A DNA stretch of 64,000 nt from assembly GCF_009914755.1 (NCBI RefSeq), contig NC_060941.1; one strand, written 5' to 3'. The first letter of the stretch is position 1; each line of letters begins with the position of its first letter. Source of the DNA: the human T2T-CHM13v2.0 reference genome, Homo sapiens. The notes beneath the pieces are model-generated. The model saw only the letters and a list, made by a program, of their open reading frames with translations. It was not told the origin of the DNA and did not search any database. A program made the position numbers and the translations under genes. This document shows, one piece after another, positions 46,169 through 64,000 of the stretch.

Positions 46169-46490
46169 AGTCCAGGCACAGTGGCTCATGCCTGTAATCC
46201 CAGCACTTTGGGAGGCCAAGGCAAGAGGATTACTTGAGCCCAGGAGTTTGAGACCAGCCTGGGCAACATAGTAAGACCTCATTTCTACAAAATAAAAAAA
46301 TAAAATTAGCCAGGCATGGTGGCATGTGCCTGTAATTCTAGCTACTTGGGAGGCTAAAGCAGGGGGATCATTTGACCCTGAAAGTCAAGGTTGCAATGTG
46401 CCATGATTGTGCCACTGCACTCCAGCTTGGGTGACAAACAGAGTAAGATCCTGTCAATCAATCAATCTAAAAATAAATAAATAAATAAAT
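46169..46490 (+). mobile_element. Alu (AluJ-like)
   Basis: Dimer, TSD taaaacattgatacag / taaaacgttgatacag. Confidence 0.96.
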
Positions 46491-46577
46491 AAAACGTTGA
46501 TACAGGGAGTGACAGGATCACTGGTGTTTCTTTTTCGCTTCTCAATTTCCATGATTGCTGTTCAAATGGTGTTTAGG

Positions 46578-46903
46578 GGCTGCGTGCGGCGGCTCATGCC
46601 TCTAATCCCAGCACTTTGGGAGGCTGAGATGGGCAGATCACTTGAGCTCAGGAGTTCGAGACCAACCTGGGCAACATGGTGAGACCCCCGTCTCTACCAA
46701 AAACACAAAAAAATTAGCTGGGGATGGTGGCACATGCCTGTAGTCCCAGCTACTTGGGAGGCTGAGGTAGGAGGATCACCTGAGCCCAGGAGACCGAGGT
46801 TGTAGTGAGTCAATCAAGATCGTGCCACTGCATTCCAGCCTGGGTGAAAGCGCGAGATTCCGGAAATTCCGTCTCAAAACAAACAAACAAACAAACAAAC
46901 AAA
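46578..46903 (+). mobile_element. Alu (AluJ-like)
   Basis: Dimer, TSD aaatggtgtttagg. Confidence 0.96.
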
Positions 46904-47862
46904 AAATGGTGTTTAGGCAACAGAGAAAAGTTGAGTGCCAAAATTTACAATGCCTGATAAGAAGATTTGGTCCTCATCTGCACGGATCCCGCCTATGGGC
47001 GGTGAGCAGGAAAGAATCCCCACCACAGGCAGCAATTAATAGAGACCTGCTCACGGCAGCTCTGAAGGATGTGACGGCTGGAGCCTAGCTGGCATCACTC
47101 AGGATTCCTGTGCAGCTGGGATTGTGTCTCAGTGACCTTTTCAAGAACTTGGCTATAGAATCCATTTATCTGCTATATACTCTGTTTAACCTTTATGCTG
47201 ACAAAGAATGCCCCAGGGAACAACTTGAAACCTTGCCTTTCTTTTCTCTCTTTCTGGAGATTAATCCATATTCAATCCCAATCTTTTTTTTTTATCAATA
47301 CCAATCTCCTTCTCAGACCTCTTCACCTTTACTGGACTCAGAAGCTTCAGTTCTCCTTCCTCTAAAGATGAAATCAAGCCTTGTCGCCCTGATAACACAT
47401 TTCCTTTGGCCCAGGGTTGTAAATCAAGAATGGCCTAGGTCCCTCCGGTCCTCTCCTGAGGTCCCTTGTGTATCTCCCTTGCGACACATCAAAAGAGCCA
47501 TACACATACTTATTAGCATCTCTGCTCTTGAATTGTGGACTCCAGGAATGCAGAAATTGGACCTTGTCCCCTCCCTCCTTTCCTAAGACCAGACCCTTTA
47601 GAGACCCTCCAGAAACACTTGTTGAAAGAGTGAAATCCACTAGGGGCCCGTGAAGGGCCCTCTCTGGGCCTGTTGAACTCAAGGAAACCTTTCTCAGTTC
47701 TTCTCTGTCCTTCTCTCAGCTTTTCTAGACACAACATACTCTATCCAGCTAGCGTTTGGAAAGGTCCTGTCTGACTCCAGCCTCATCTGCCAGAAAGAGA
47801 GAGAGAAAAAAGTTACTGCATGCTGAGTTGAGATATTTTTAGGCTAACAGCTGCTGGGATGA

Positions 47863-48174
<312 letters not shown>

Positions 48175-48598
48175 CTGAGTTTCTGTTCTTGTTCCGCAAG
48201 GTGTGACAGACATCACTTCGTCCTAGGCTGCAGAAGCTTCAAACTGACAAGTCCCATCTAGGGAACAGAGCAGTACCATGAGGAAATTCCTGTTTCTGTG
48301 GCTGAGTCTGCACAAAAAAGAGTGAATGGGGTATGCTAAATTTTGCTTTCTCTTAAGGACTTCTGAAGACTGAAAAACCAAGATCTATTAAGAGGGGTGT
48401 GGTTTTGAGTCTAGCCCACTGGGAACCAGCATGAGTCCTGTGTGACAGGCCCAAGCCTGGCTGCTGATTCTGGCAGAGTTGGCCAGGTAAGGCATGAGTG
48501 TCCTGGGAAAATAATGTGGGAGGGTGGACAGGAAGTGCCTGCCCAGACAGAGTAGGGAGAAGGATGTGAGTAAAACCAAGGATGTGTAAGCACGTGCG

Positions 48599-48625
48599 TG
48601 TGTGTGTGTGTGTGTGTCTGTGTGT
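48599..48625. repeat. (TG)n microsatellite, imperfect
   Basis: tgtgtgtgtgtgtgtgtgtctgtgtgt. Confidence 0.85.
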
Positions 48626-48820
48626 TTACAAACTGACAAGAGGTGTAACTCTCTTTCCTTTTGATGCTGTGACCTCTCCCAAGGGACTTTCTCCAATAAC
48701 GGTTGGTGAGTTTCCTTACTATAAAGGGGAACACTAGACATTTCCAGAAATTTAACAAAGCCTGCATCAAACTACAGTTGGGAAGTGTGTATGTAAAATT
48801 GTCACAAGATTATTGACTAT

Positions 48821-49134
48821 GGCTGGGTGTGGTGGCTCATGCTTGTAATCCCAGCACTTTGGGAGGCCAAGATAGGTGGACTGCTTTGAGCTCAGGAGTT
48901 CAAGACCAGCCTGGGCAACATGGTGAAACCCGTCTCTGCAAAAAAAGTAAAAAAAAGTAAAAAAAAAAAAAAAAAAAAAAAGCTGGGCTTGGTAGCGCAC
49001 CTATAGTCCCAGCTACTTGGGAGACTAAGGTGAGAAGATCATTTGAACCCAGGGAGGTGGAGGCTGCAGTGAGCCAAGATTGTGTCACTGTACTCTAGCC
49101 TGGGTGACAGAGCAAGACTCCATTAAAAAAAAAA
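48821..49134 (+). mobile_element. Alu with expanded central A-rich linker
   Basis: Dimer; linker of about 40 nt, almost all A. Confidence 0.95.
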
Positions 49135-49217
49135 TCAGAAGTTTAAAAGAATAAGGACCAGACCTTTAAAATTCTGTCCAACTTTATAATCTTATTTAAA
49201 AATAAATACAAGTTTTT

Positions 49218-49540
49218 GGCCGGGTGCAGTGGCTCTCGCCTGTAAGGCATGACTTTGGGAGGCCGAGGTGGGTGGATCACATGAGGTCAGGAGTTTGAGG
49301 CCAGCCTGGCCAACATGGTGAAACCCCATCTCTACTGAAAATACAAAAATTAGCCGGGCGTGGTGGCACATGCCTGTAATCCCAGCTTCTTGGGAGGCTG
49401 AGGTAGGAGAATCACTTGAACCTGGGAGGCAAAGGTTTCAGTGACCCGAGATTGTACCATTGCACTCCAGCCTGGGCAACAAGAATGAAACACTGTCTCA
49501 AAATAATTAATTAATTAATTAATTAAAATAAAATAAATAA
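49218..49540 (+). mobile_element. Alu (AluS)
   Basis: Dimer, TSD aaataaatacaagttttt / aaataaacacaagttttt. Confidence 0.96.
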
Positions 49541-49821
49541 ACACAAGTTTTTGAAAAACAAAATAGATTGATGTGTTTTGGTTTTAGGGAGACCTTAACT
49601 TTTGTTTGATGGGAGAGGAGGTTGAACAAAACTGTTCTAGAAAGCTACTCCTTTATTCTGCGTGTCTCACTAATTAGGCAGAAGAGGAATCACGGGGCTA
49701 GCTTGTCCTGTAGACTATCAGATCTTTTGTTTCATAGCTATATTTTAAGCTTTTTTTTTTCTTTCGGTAGTTTCCTCATCTGGATATTTGAAGCTTTTTA
49801 ATCATAGAAAATTTCAAACAC

Positions 49822-50245
49822 GGGAAGTTGAGACAGGAGAATCGCTTGAACCCGGGAGGTGGAGGTTGAAGTAACCTGAGATCACTTCACTGCACTCTAG
49901 CTTGGGCGACAGAGCAAGACTCTGTCTCAAACAAAAAAAAAAAGACTGGGTGCTCATGCCTGTAATTCCAGCACTTTGGGAGGCCGAGGCGGGCGGATCA
50001 CCTGAGGTCAGGAGTTCGAGACCAGCCTGGCTAACATGGTGAAACCCCGTCTCTACTAAAAATACAAAAATTAGCTGGGCATGGTGGTATACATCTGTAA
50101 TCCCAGCTACTCAGGAGGCTGACGCACGAGAATTGCTTGAACCCGGGAAGTGGAAGTTGCAGTGAGCAAAGATCCTGTCACTGCATTCCAGCCTGGGAGA
50201 CAGAACAAGACTCCATCTCAAAAAAAAAAAAGAAAAAAGAAAAAA
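49822..50245 (+). mobile_element. Tandem Alus: truncated right arm (49822-49943) plus near-full Alu (49944-50245)
   Basis: Two head-to-tail Alu bodies, each with an A-tail. Confidence 0.93.
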
Positions 50246-50729
50246 GAAAATCTCAGATAGACACAAAAGCAGAGATGATAGCGGCGGAATCAATGCCTGT
50301 GATTCCCGTAACCCAATGAGCAACACATGCCTAATCTTTTTTCATCAGCTCCCTAGTCCTGTCTCAATTGCATTTTCAAACAAATTCCAAATATATTATT
50401 TCATTTGTAAGTACTTCATTGTGTATCTTTAAAAATATACGACCGCAACAGCATTAGCATGCCTAGAAAAAGTAACAGTAATTCTTAATATCATAAAATA
50501 GCCAGCCAGAGTTAAGTTTTCCTGATTTTTTTTCTTCATATTTGGCACTGAATATTTATCAAGAGTCTTCAAAATGTTTAGGCTATCAAGTCCACTTCTA
50601 TAAATATTTCCTGAATGCAGAATAAACTTTCTACATAGAGATATTTTCTGCAGTGCTATTGATAATGAAATGTGGCCAAATTAAAGGGGCACACTAGGTA
50701 AATTAAGTCGTGGTCATACTCAATGAAAT

Positions 50730-50970
50730 AGCATTGTGGTTAGAGAAAGGCAGGATGTTAGACAGACTCACTCCTCCATTTATTTACTATTAAGTGACCT
50801 GCCTTCTTGAAGCATCATTTTACTCACAGATAAAATATGGGTGATAATAATACCCACCTCATGGGTTAGGCCCTCCCATTGTGAGGGCTACACAAAAATG
50901 CACCTAAGACAGCAAAGTGTTTGCATGGTTCCAAGTGAACCCTCAATATATGGTCACTGTAAAATGTGCA
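50730..50970 (+). mobile_element. MIR SINE
   Basis: gcattgtggttagag...taaaatatgggtgataataatacccacctcatggg. Confidence 0.65.
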
Positions 50971-51041
50971 GTAATAAATGTTCATGAAGAACTTGTAGTA
51001 ACATAAAAAATTATAAAGTCAAGTTTAAAAATGATAAAACA

Positions 51042-51605
<564 letters not shown>

Positions 51606-51854
51606 TAAAACAAATACACATATCCTATAACTACAGCCACATAAAGACAGTGTCTAAAGTTAATATGTCAAAATAACAGATTATCATTGCGTAGTGATTC
51701 TCTATCGTCCCCCACCCCTGCCCTTATTCTGCTTCTGTAAAAACAATGCAAACTCAATACAGAAAATTTGGAAAGTGCAGAATGGGGGGAAAAAATCCAA
51801 GGTTTGATTAATTAATAAAGGGGCAATGTTGAGATTTTCCTCTTAAGTCCACAA

Positions 51855-52700
51855 GGCTTACCACGCCCCCGTCCATTGGCTACCAAGCCCGTTAGCGCTA
51901 CCTCGTGGTCAAACTAAGCAACTACTCTTAGACAAAAAAAAAAAAATTCAAGGAAGAATTAAACAAGCAATGGTATAGCTCCATAAGTAGCAAAAATGTT
52001 ACGCTGGGACTTTTATCTTGGGGCTTCTATGGGCCCAGTGGGTATCCCAGGGGCCTCATGGAATTGACCTCAGGTGAACAAAAATATGGCTCAAGTATTT
52101 TATATGACTGACTAGTCCGCGATACATTCTCCATGAATCTAGCCCACCCTTAGGGCTATCCTGTGTTCAGCCTGAGCCTTTCCGGAAATTTGTCTCCACT
52201 GTGTCCAATGTACAGAGAGGAGCAAGCCCACCCACTAGTGCAGAGAAAAGCTGGCCCCTGCCCGCTGGAAGCCCACCTGAGAGAGGGTGGTCCGAGAGGA
52301 ACCCATACCTGCGTCCTCCACCCACATCGAATCCCCCCGGGGCCAACTGTTCTGGAAGGCCCCTAAACCAGCTGCGGGGCCACTTGGCTCTGAAGTGTTT
52401 GGGGCGCTTTGACATAATTTTGTTGTGTCTGCCCAGAAATCCTGACGCAGGCGGTCGGGGGTGGGGGGCCCCGGGGATCTGTAATTGACAAAGGCTCAGT
52501 GGGTTTGGGGACCTGGCACTCCCTAGATGACCTTTCCGGAATTGCCAGTCTCTGTCCTCTTCCGGAGGAATCTGGAAAACTTCCTCCAGAGTGTGGCATT
52601 GTTTCAAGAGTGACACATGTCATCGAAGCAGGGCTCTGGAGGCAGATGGCGGATTTCCTCCTGGCTCTGCCCCCAAACCTGCTGAGCCACAGCTTCTTCA
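51855..52700. promoter_or_regulatory. Possible weak promoter/enhancer-like GC-rich element
   Basis: ccacgccccc (Sp/KLF) next to cattggct (inverted CCAAT) at ~51861-51880; moderate CpG retention at 52180-52480. Confidence 0.3.
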
Positions 52701-52817
52701 TCTGTGAAAAGAACATGATAATCTTCATACCCAGCTCTCAAGCTTGTTGTGAAGACTATTTAGTGTAATAATTTAATTACACTTATATTTACATTTAATC
52801 ATAATTATTTAATATAG

Positions 52818-53165
<348 letters not shown>

Positions 53166-53191
53166 TAAATAATGTTTAAAAGGAACAACCC

Positions 53192-53586
53192 TACTGTGGT
53201 TTGAATGTGTGTGTCTCTTCGAAATGTGTGTTGAAATTTCGTTCCCAATGCATGAGGTGGGGCTTTTAGGAGATGACTAGGTCAGAGGGCCTTGCCCTCA
53301 TGAATGGGATTAGGGTTCTTATAAAAGGGCTGAAGGGAGCCTATTTGTCCTTTTCATCCCTTTCTCCCTTTCCACCATGTGAGGAGACAGCATTTGTCTC
53401 TTCTGGAGGACGCAGCAACAAGGCACCATCTTGAAAGCAGAGATGGAGCCCTCACCAGATACTGGATCTGCCAATCCCTTGATCTTGGACTTTCCAGCCT
53501 CCAGAACTGTGAGGAATAAATTTCTACTATTTATAAATCACCCAGACTAAGGTATTTTGTTATAGCAGCAGGAACAGACTAAGACA
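53192..53586 (+). mobile_element. MST-family (MaLR) solo LTR
   Basis: tgtggtttgaatg...ccagcctccagaactgtgaggaataaa...gactaagaca; TSD aaccc/aacgc. Confidence 0.9.
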
Positions 53587-53898
53587 AACGCTTAAAGGAA
53601 TCTTGAAGAAGAATCTCCGGGTGTAGTTAAAATATACGGTTTGAACCATTCCCCTAAGTAAATTCAGGTGGAATCCCCATGTCATGGATGATGTGTGTCA
53701 TTTATAGAAGTGATCTCTCTAGGGAAGGATGAGTAGTGGGTGCCTGAGGGGGATTTAGGGACAGCCAAGGCTGGTTGTAATGACTAGGGCAGTGTCTCAA
53801 TTTGTATGACCAGTACGTGATGACATAGAATAGGGTTTTCCAAAGTGGGCACCGCTGTGGTACTCAGATGCTTCTAGTAGTCCAGAGACCAAAGCTGG

Positions 53899-54304
53899 TG
53901 TATTAGGCCATTCTTGCATTGCTATAAAGAAATACCTGAGACTGAGTAATTTACAAAAGAGGTTTAATTGGGTCATGGTTTTGCAGGCTGTGCAACCATG
54001 GTGCCAGCACCTGCTTGGCTTCTGGGGAGGCCTCAGGGTGCTTTTATTCCTGGCTGAAGATGAAGCGGGAGCAGACATGTCACGTGGCCAGAGCAGGAGC
54101 AAGAGAGAGAGTGGTGGTTGTGAGGGGTGCCACATACTTAAACAACCAGATCTCCTGAGAACTCATTTACTATCACGAGGACAGCACCAAGCCATGAGGG
54201 ATCCGCTCCCATGACCCAGACATCTCCCACCAGGCCTCGCCTCCAACACCAGGGTTTACAGTTCAACATGAGATTTGGCCAGGATATATATTAAAATTAT
54301 ATCC
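53899..54304 (-). mobile_element. MSTA-like (MaLR) solo LTR
   Basis: tgtattaggccattcttgcattgctataaagaaatacctgagac...ttcaacatgagatttgg; TSD gctgg/gttgg. Confidence 0.9.
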
Positions 54305-54434
54305 GTTGGTCATTAGGTCTACTGGCCACACCATTCCTGCTGATCCTGTCTGTGGTGGGTCAGCTGACTTGAGCCTTCAGTGGTCTGGCCATTCTGTTTC
54401 TTGCTGAAACCAATTAAATGCAGGCGAATTTGCC

Positions 54435-54570
54435 AGACTACAGCCCTGTGAGGGTGGGAACTTTGTCTTTTTCACCACTATATGCCCAGCCCCTAGAATT
54501 GTGCCTGGAAAACAGCGTGTGCTCAAAAATGTATGTTGAATGAGTGAATAAATGAATGACTGAATGAAAT
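54435..54570 (+). mobile_element. L2 3' end
   Basis: gcccctagaattgtgcctgg...gctcaaaaatgtatgttgaatgagtgaataaatgaatga. Confidence 0.8.
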
Positions 54571-54642
54571 TGGCCTCCTGAATTATTCACCCAACTCCCG
54601 ACAGCTTGATTAATGAAGTAAGCTGATAAAGAAGTTTCCAGA

Positions 54643-54938
<296 letters not shown>

Positions 54939-55578
54939 GAAGTTCCTGGAAAGGTAAGGCCTGAACTAAAGCCCCACCTGGAAAGATGCTTTATTGACTG
55001 GCTGATGAATAAGAAAGACCCCTCCCAACCCTGCCCCTTGCTGCATGGAGCAAATTGTCAGGGGCCAGACACCTAGGCTTCATGGTGCTGTGCCAGGAGG
55101 TCGTAGAGGGCCAAGCTGCCCCTGCCTAACTCCTCTATCTCTGCTCCCTGATTATCAATACTCCTCTGGCACATCCAACAGGGCTCCTAGGTTGTTAAGT
55201 GGACTCAAGGCCCGGGCAGGCTTAGGCTGCAGATTGGCTTCTGTCTGAAGTTCCATCAAAGAGAGAAGAGCAACATCTCAGAAACATGATGAAAGGCTCC
55301 TGGGAAGCAGGGTCTGATTTTCAAAAGGTCATCTACAGCCCACATCAAGAGTACCTGCTGTTCTCAAAGGACAGGGCTCTAAACAGAGACTGCAGCTATT
55401 TCCTTCTCTGACATTCAACACAGTGACTAGAACCAGGCAAAGGCACCCAGAGGACCATGGCAGCCCATCCTGGAGTTGAGAGGGCTGGATGATGGGGCCC
55501 TGAGGGAGAGACAGCACTGTCTTGGGCTGTTATAGTCAGGATCTGCCACATGTCCTAACAGGGCTGGAGGAAGGGTCC

Positions 55579-56276
<698 letters not shown>

Positions 56277-56883
56277 TGAGAGACAGTAGAAAGACACTGT
56301 CCTGGGAGTCCAAGGCAGGGCCTGTCCCCATAGGGAGCACAGGGTGAGCAGGACAGAACCAATCTTCAGGGGGAACTTTCCAGAGCCGTGGATTGTTGGA
56401 CTGACCGCTCCCTTGACTGAAGGAAGGTTCGAAGAAGGCCCTCCAGCCCGAGGTGTGTCCTGAATCAGGCCCTGGGGATCATAGCAAGAACCAGCAGGCC
56501 CTTTCATCAGAGCCCCACTCTCTGGGCATGTCACAGCTGTGCCTAGGAGGGCTCGCTCTCTCTCCTCCAGTGGGAACACAGCAGGGCCAGTAGGGCCTCC
56601 GAACTGGGCCCATCTTCCTCAAGCTGAGTTCGTCAATTTCCCCAGGCCCAGACTGTCCCCCTGAGCCTTTGCCCAGGAGCTGCTTTGCCCACAAAGCCTT
56701 CTCACCCTGCCTTCTTGTTGCAGATTAAAGGGCACCTCCACTGTAATTAGATCCTTTTTCAAACAAAAGAACTATACGTAATGTCCTTGAAATAACTGGG
56801 GAAATTTGAATATGAACTGGGCATTGGATTATCAAAGAAATATGATGACCTACGTTTGGTGTGATAAAGGTATCCCTATGTAG

Positions 56884-57542
<659 letters not shown>

Positions 57543-58032
57543 GGAACACTGAGGTATTTGGGGGTGAACCTCTGCAATGTCTGAAGTTTACCTTAAAATC
57601 CTTCAGAAGGAAGTTAGAAATAAATCTAGCAAGATGCTAATAACTGTTAAGCCTGGGTGGTGAGCATGTAAGGCTTTCTGTATGTTTGGAAATTTATATA
57701 ATATAATGTAGGAAGAACCTCCGAGAGGCCTTCCCTGATTCCCTAGAACTGGGTTGGGTGTCCCTCTCATGGGTGACCGTAGTTCCTGTCCTGGCCCGAC
57801 ATCAGTCACCGGGACACTTAGAATTCTGAATTCAACTGCCTGCCTTTTAAAATTAGGTTAAGACCCTTGGGGGTACCCCCAGAGAGTCTGACAGAGAGTA
57901 GATGCTAATACAGGAATGCTGGAAAGAAGGAAGGAGGAAGAGGGAGGAGGGAGGGAGGCTGCAGCCCCCAGCTCCCGTCTCAGAACCAGGCACACAGCAA
58001 GTCCTCAACTCTTGTTTATTAGGCTGAATTTT

Positions 58033-58337
58033 CTTTTCTATTTTTTTTGAAACGGAGTCTTGCTCTGTCACCCAGGCTGGAGTGCAGTGGTGCAATCTTG
58101 GCTCCCTGCAACTTCCACCTCCAGGGTTCAAGTAATTCTTGTGCCTCAGCCTCCTGTGTAGCTGGGAATACAGGCATCCACCACCACGCCTGGCTAATTT
58201 TTATATGTTCTTTTTTTAGTAGAGACAAGGTTTTGCCATGTTGGCCAGGCTGGTCTTGAACTCCTGACCTCAAGTGATCTGCCCGCCTCAGCCTCCCAAA
58301 GTGTTGGGATTACAGGCATGAGCCAGCGTGCCTGGTC
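58033..58337 (-). mobile_element. Alu (AluS)
   Basis: Antisense dimer, TSD taggctgaattttct. Confidence 0.96.
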
Positions 58338-58489
58338 TAGGCTGAATTTTCTAGGAGGAAGCCGGCTCTCCTGTCTTCCTTTTCCTTGAGGGCTCTATCA
58401 GTGTCATAGTCAGAAGACAGGCTGGGTTTTGTGGCCGCCTTCCTTTTCTGTGTCCCAAGCCCACCCTCAGCCAAAGTGCTGTTGGAAAT

Positions 58490-59462
<973 letters not shown>

Positions 59463-60069
59463 TATATATATATATATGGCCATTATCCAGCCTGTGCTGC
59501 AGGGTGATAAGGCAGAACGAGATGGACGTGGGGTTGGCTGTCTTCCCAATTTAAAATAGAACAATAAAAGATGAGCTGGGGATGTGGGGCGAGTATGTAA
59601 CAGGGCCTATAAATAAGACCTTGGCTTGTAGCTGTCAGATGCAAGGTGCTGATGAGGGCTGCTTATCTGTGACCTTGCAAGGAGCAAAGTTTGATCTCAA
59701 TCTATTCACTAAACAGCCAAGTGTGATGCTGTGGAGATGGGGAAGACGAAAACTCCTCCTGTGGTGCCAGAAAGATATAATTAAAAATATAAATCACACT
59801 TTCCAGGCTTGGAAGACATTTATCATGTAGCTTTCCAGAGGCATTGCACAGACAAGGCAGTTTGAATAATTCCATGAATTACCTTGGAAAAGAGAAGGAG
59901 GGGGCACCTCCAGAGTGGTGGGCATGGTGGAGAGGGGGAAGGAAGGAAGGAAAGAGGACAGATCAGTAGCAACGAGGGGGAAGTGGGTATTGTTGTGGAT
60001 TCCCCGCCTGGTGGTCCAGGCCAGGACACGTGTGGTGAGCACACACAGCATTAGACATTTTCTTAATCA

Positions 60070-60190
60070 GTTGTCATAAGAATACGAGCTCCAGGAGGGC
60101 AGAGATTTTTGTTTGTTTTGTTCATTGCTGCATCCCCATGGCTGGTGTGCCACAATTTTTTGTGTGTACATGTTGAGTAAATGAATATTT
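60070..60190 (+). mobile_element. L2 3' end
   Basis: gagctccaggagggcagagatttttgtttgttttgttcattgctgcatcccc...gtaaatgaat. Confidence 0.7.
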
Positions 60191-60397
60191 TAAAATTAGA
60201 GTTGACTTCCACCTCTGGTGAAGATGGAATAACAGGGACCAGTCTGAAACAAGTAAAAAACTGGACAAAAGATTTCAGTGAACCAAAAAAGGAAAAACAA
60301 AAAAAAAAGCTGGACAAAATATAAAACAATGGTTTTCAAGACATTGGATGTCACGCAATGGATCTCAAGGACAACAATCCTTGAGAGAAGAGAAATA

Positions 60398-60723
<326 letters not shown>

Positions 60724-61444
60724 CTATGGCTAAGGGAGAAGACCCACAGCTGGAATTCAGACTTTGTGGGGCAAAGTGAAATTACGGCCCACTGGATAAT
60801 GAAGTTCACTGGGTTGTCCCAGGCCACAGCTGGTCCACAGTTGCTGGACAAACAGAAACTCCCGTCTGGGGTGCAAGCAGGTAGAGGTTGGTGGGCACAG
60901 AACTATGGCTAAGATTGGCAAGCAAGAAATCTCCCCATCAGGGTACAGATGGACTAAAGCTGGAAAGTGAACCACCATGGGGCCTGTGGGACTCACTGAG
61001 AATCTGCCCACGGGGACTGCTGAAACTTGATGGGAAGCTGTCAGTGAGGATAATTCTAAAATTTGGTGAGGGTGAGTACCACTGGATGTCCCTCATGCTC
61101 CCCTGGCAACCATGAAATAAGAGCAAGAAATCCGTAGAAGTGCACGAAAACAAGAAAAGAGAAGCAAGCACCTTTTTACCTACAGTGCATCTCCAGCGCC
61201 CTCTACTGACAAAGTTTAGTATTGTGCTCATAGCAAAGGAGAAATTCTTACAGGGTCCAGCTCAGTTATCACCGGCAGGCAAGGAAGGGTAGATTTGAAG
61301 CTGAGAGAGAATAGATTGATAGCTGGTACAGACACAGTCTGACATTCAATAAAAAATGATCAGGCATGCAAAGAAGACAAAATATGACTCATAATGGGGA
61401 GAAAAATCAATCGATAGAAATAACCTTTAAAAGTACACAGATGA

Positions 61445-61740
61445 GGCTGTGTACAGTGGTCCATGCCTGTAATCCCGACACTTTGGGAGGCTGAGATGGG
61501 AGGATGGCTTGAGGCCAGGAGTTTGAGACCAGCCTGGGCAACGACGAGACATCGTCTCTACTAAAAATTTAAAAATTAGCTGGGCATTGTGGTATGCACC
61601 TGTAGTTCCAGCTACTTGGGAAGCTGAGGTGAGAGGATCGCTTCAGCTAAGGAGTTCGAGGTTGCAGGGAGCTATGCTGGTGCCACTGTACTCCAGCCTG
61701 GGTGATGGAGTGAGACCCTGTCTCTTACAAAAACAAAACA
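61445..61740 (+). mobile_element. Alu (AluJ-like)
   Basis: Dimer, TSD acacagat. Confidence 0.95.
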
Positions 61741-62111
61741 CAGATCATAGAATTAGTAGACAAAAACAAAACAGTTATCATAGCAGCTATTACATATCCT
61801 ATATTCAAGAAGGTAGAGGAAGGATTGAGCATGTTTCATCTAGATATGGAAAATATTTTTTAAAAGATCCAAACTGAACTTCTAAAAATGAAAAATATAA
61901 TGGCTGTGGAGGGAAAATACACTGGATGGGCTAATTCCAGATTAGATATCACAGAAGAAAATGCCAGTAAACTTGAAGACATAACCTTTAAAATATTCAA
62001 AATGAAACAAGAAGGGAAAAAGACGGAAAAAAATGAACTTGGAAATAGTCCCTGGTGGGAGGGGGGGGGAATAAGCCAAGCATTCTCTTTCTGTTCCCAT
62101 ATTTCTGTAGT

Positions 62112-62608
<497 letters not shown>

Positions 62609-62797
62609 CCCGAGAGCATCCAGTGGGTACCCTAAGTGCTCATTCAGCACCCCCAAAACCCAGAGGGGCTACCTAAGCCTGGTAGATGAGAGCTCACCCG
62701 AGGCCCCAGATCTGTCTTCCTCTTCTTCTCTCCATTTAACTGGCATTCTCCATCCAGATTTCATTCCCCCAGGGCCTTGAAGGTTAGTTAGTAATAA

Positions 62798-64000
<1,203 letters not shown>

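Overview
Primate (human-like) genomic DNA with about 50 Alu/FLAM copies plus MIR, L2, old L1, MaLR/ERVL solo LTRs and Tigger/Charlie DNA-transposon relics. The one clear functional landmark is a CpG island (~32.2-33.3 kb) with GC boxes and a CCAAT box. It contains a minus-strand first exon ending at a GG|GTGAGC donor (32924). Positions 1-32.9 kb therefore read as the 5' introns of a minus-strand gene, and 33.3-64 kb as repeat-rich upstream/intergenic DNA. Candidate internal exons, from splice signals only, are 17440-17391, 12407-12021, 3796-3691 and 1817-1720. They are rich in short AUG-initiated ORFs, and the last ends in ATG CCG|gtgagt, a possible main start codon. I could not name the gene. 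No ORF in the track is a convincing protein-coding gene: most are Alu-derived or chance, and one is an L1 ORF1 remnant. I found no well-supported novel biological system. The best leads are the uORF/microprotein-rich spliced leader, an Alu-bracketed exon (circRNA/editing), and LTR-borne regulatory signals. Repeat boundaries and subfamilies were called by eye and are approximate.
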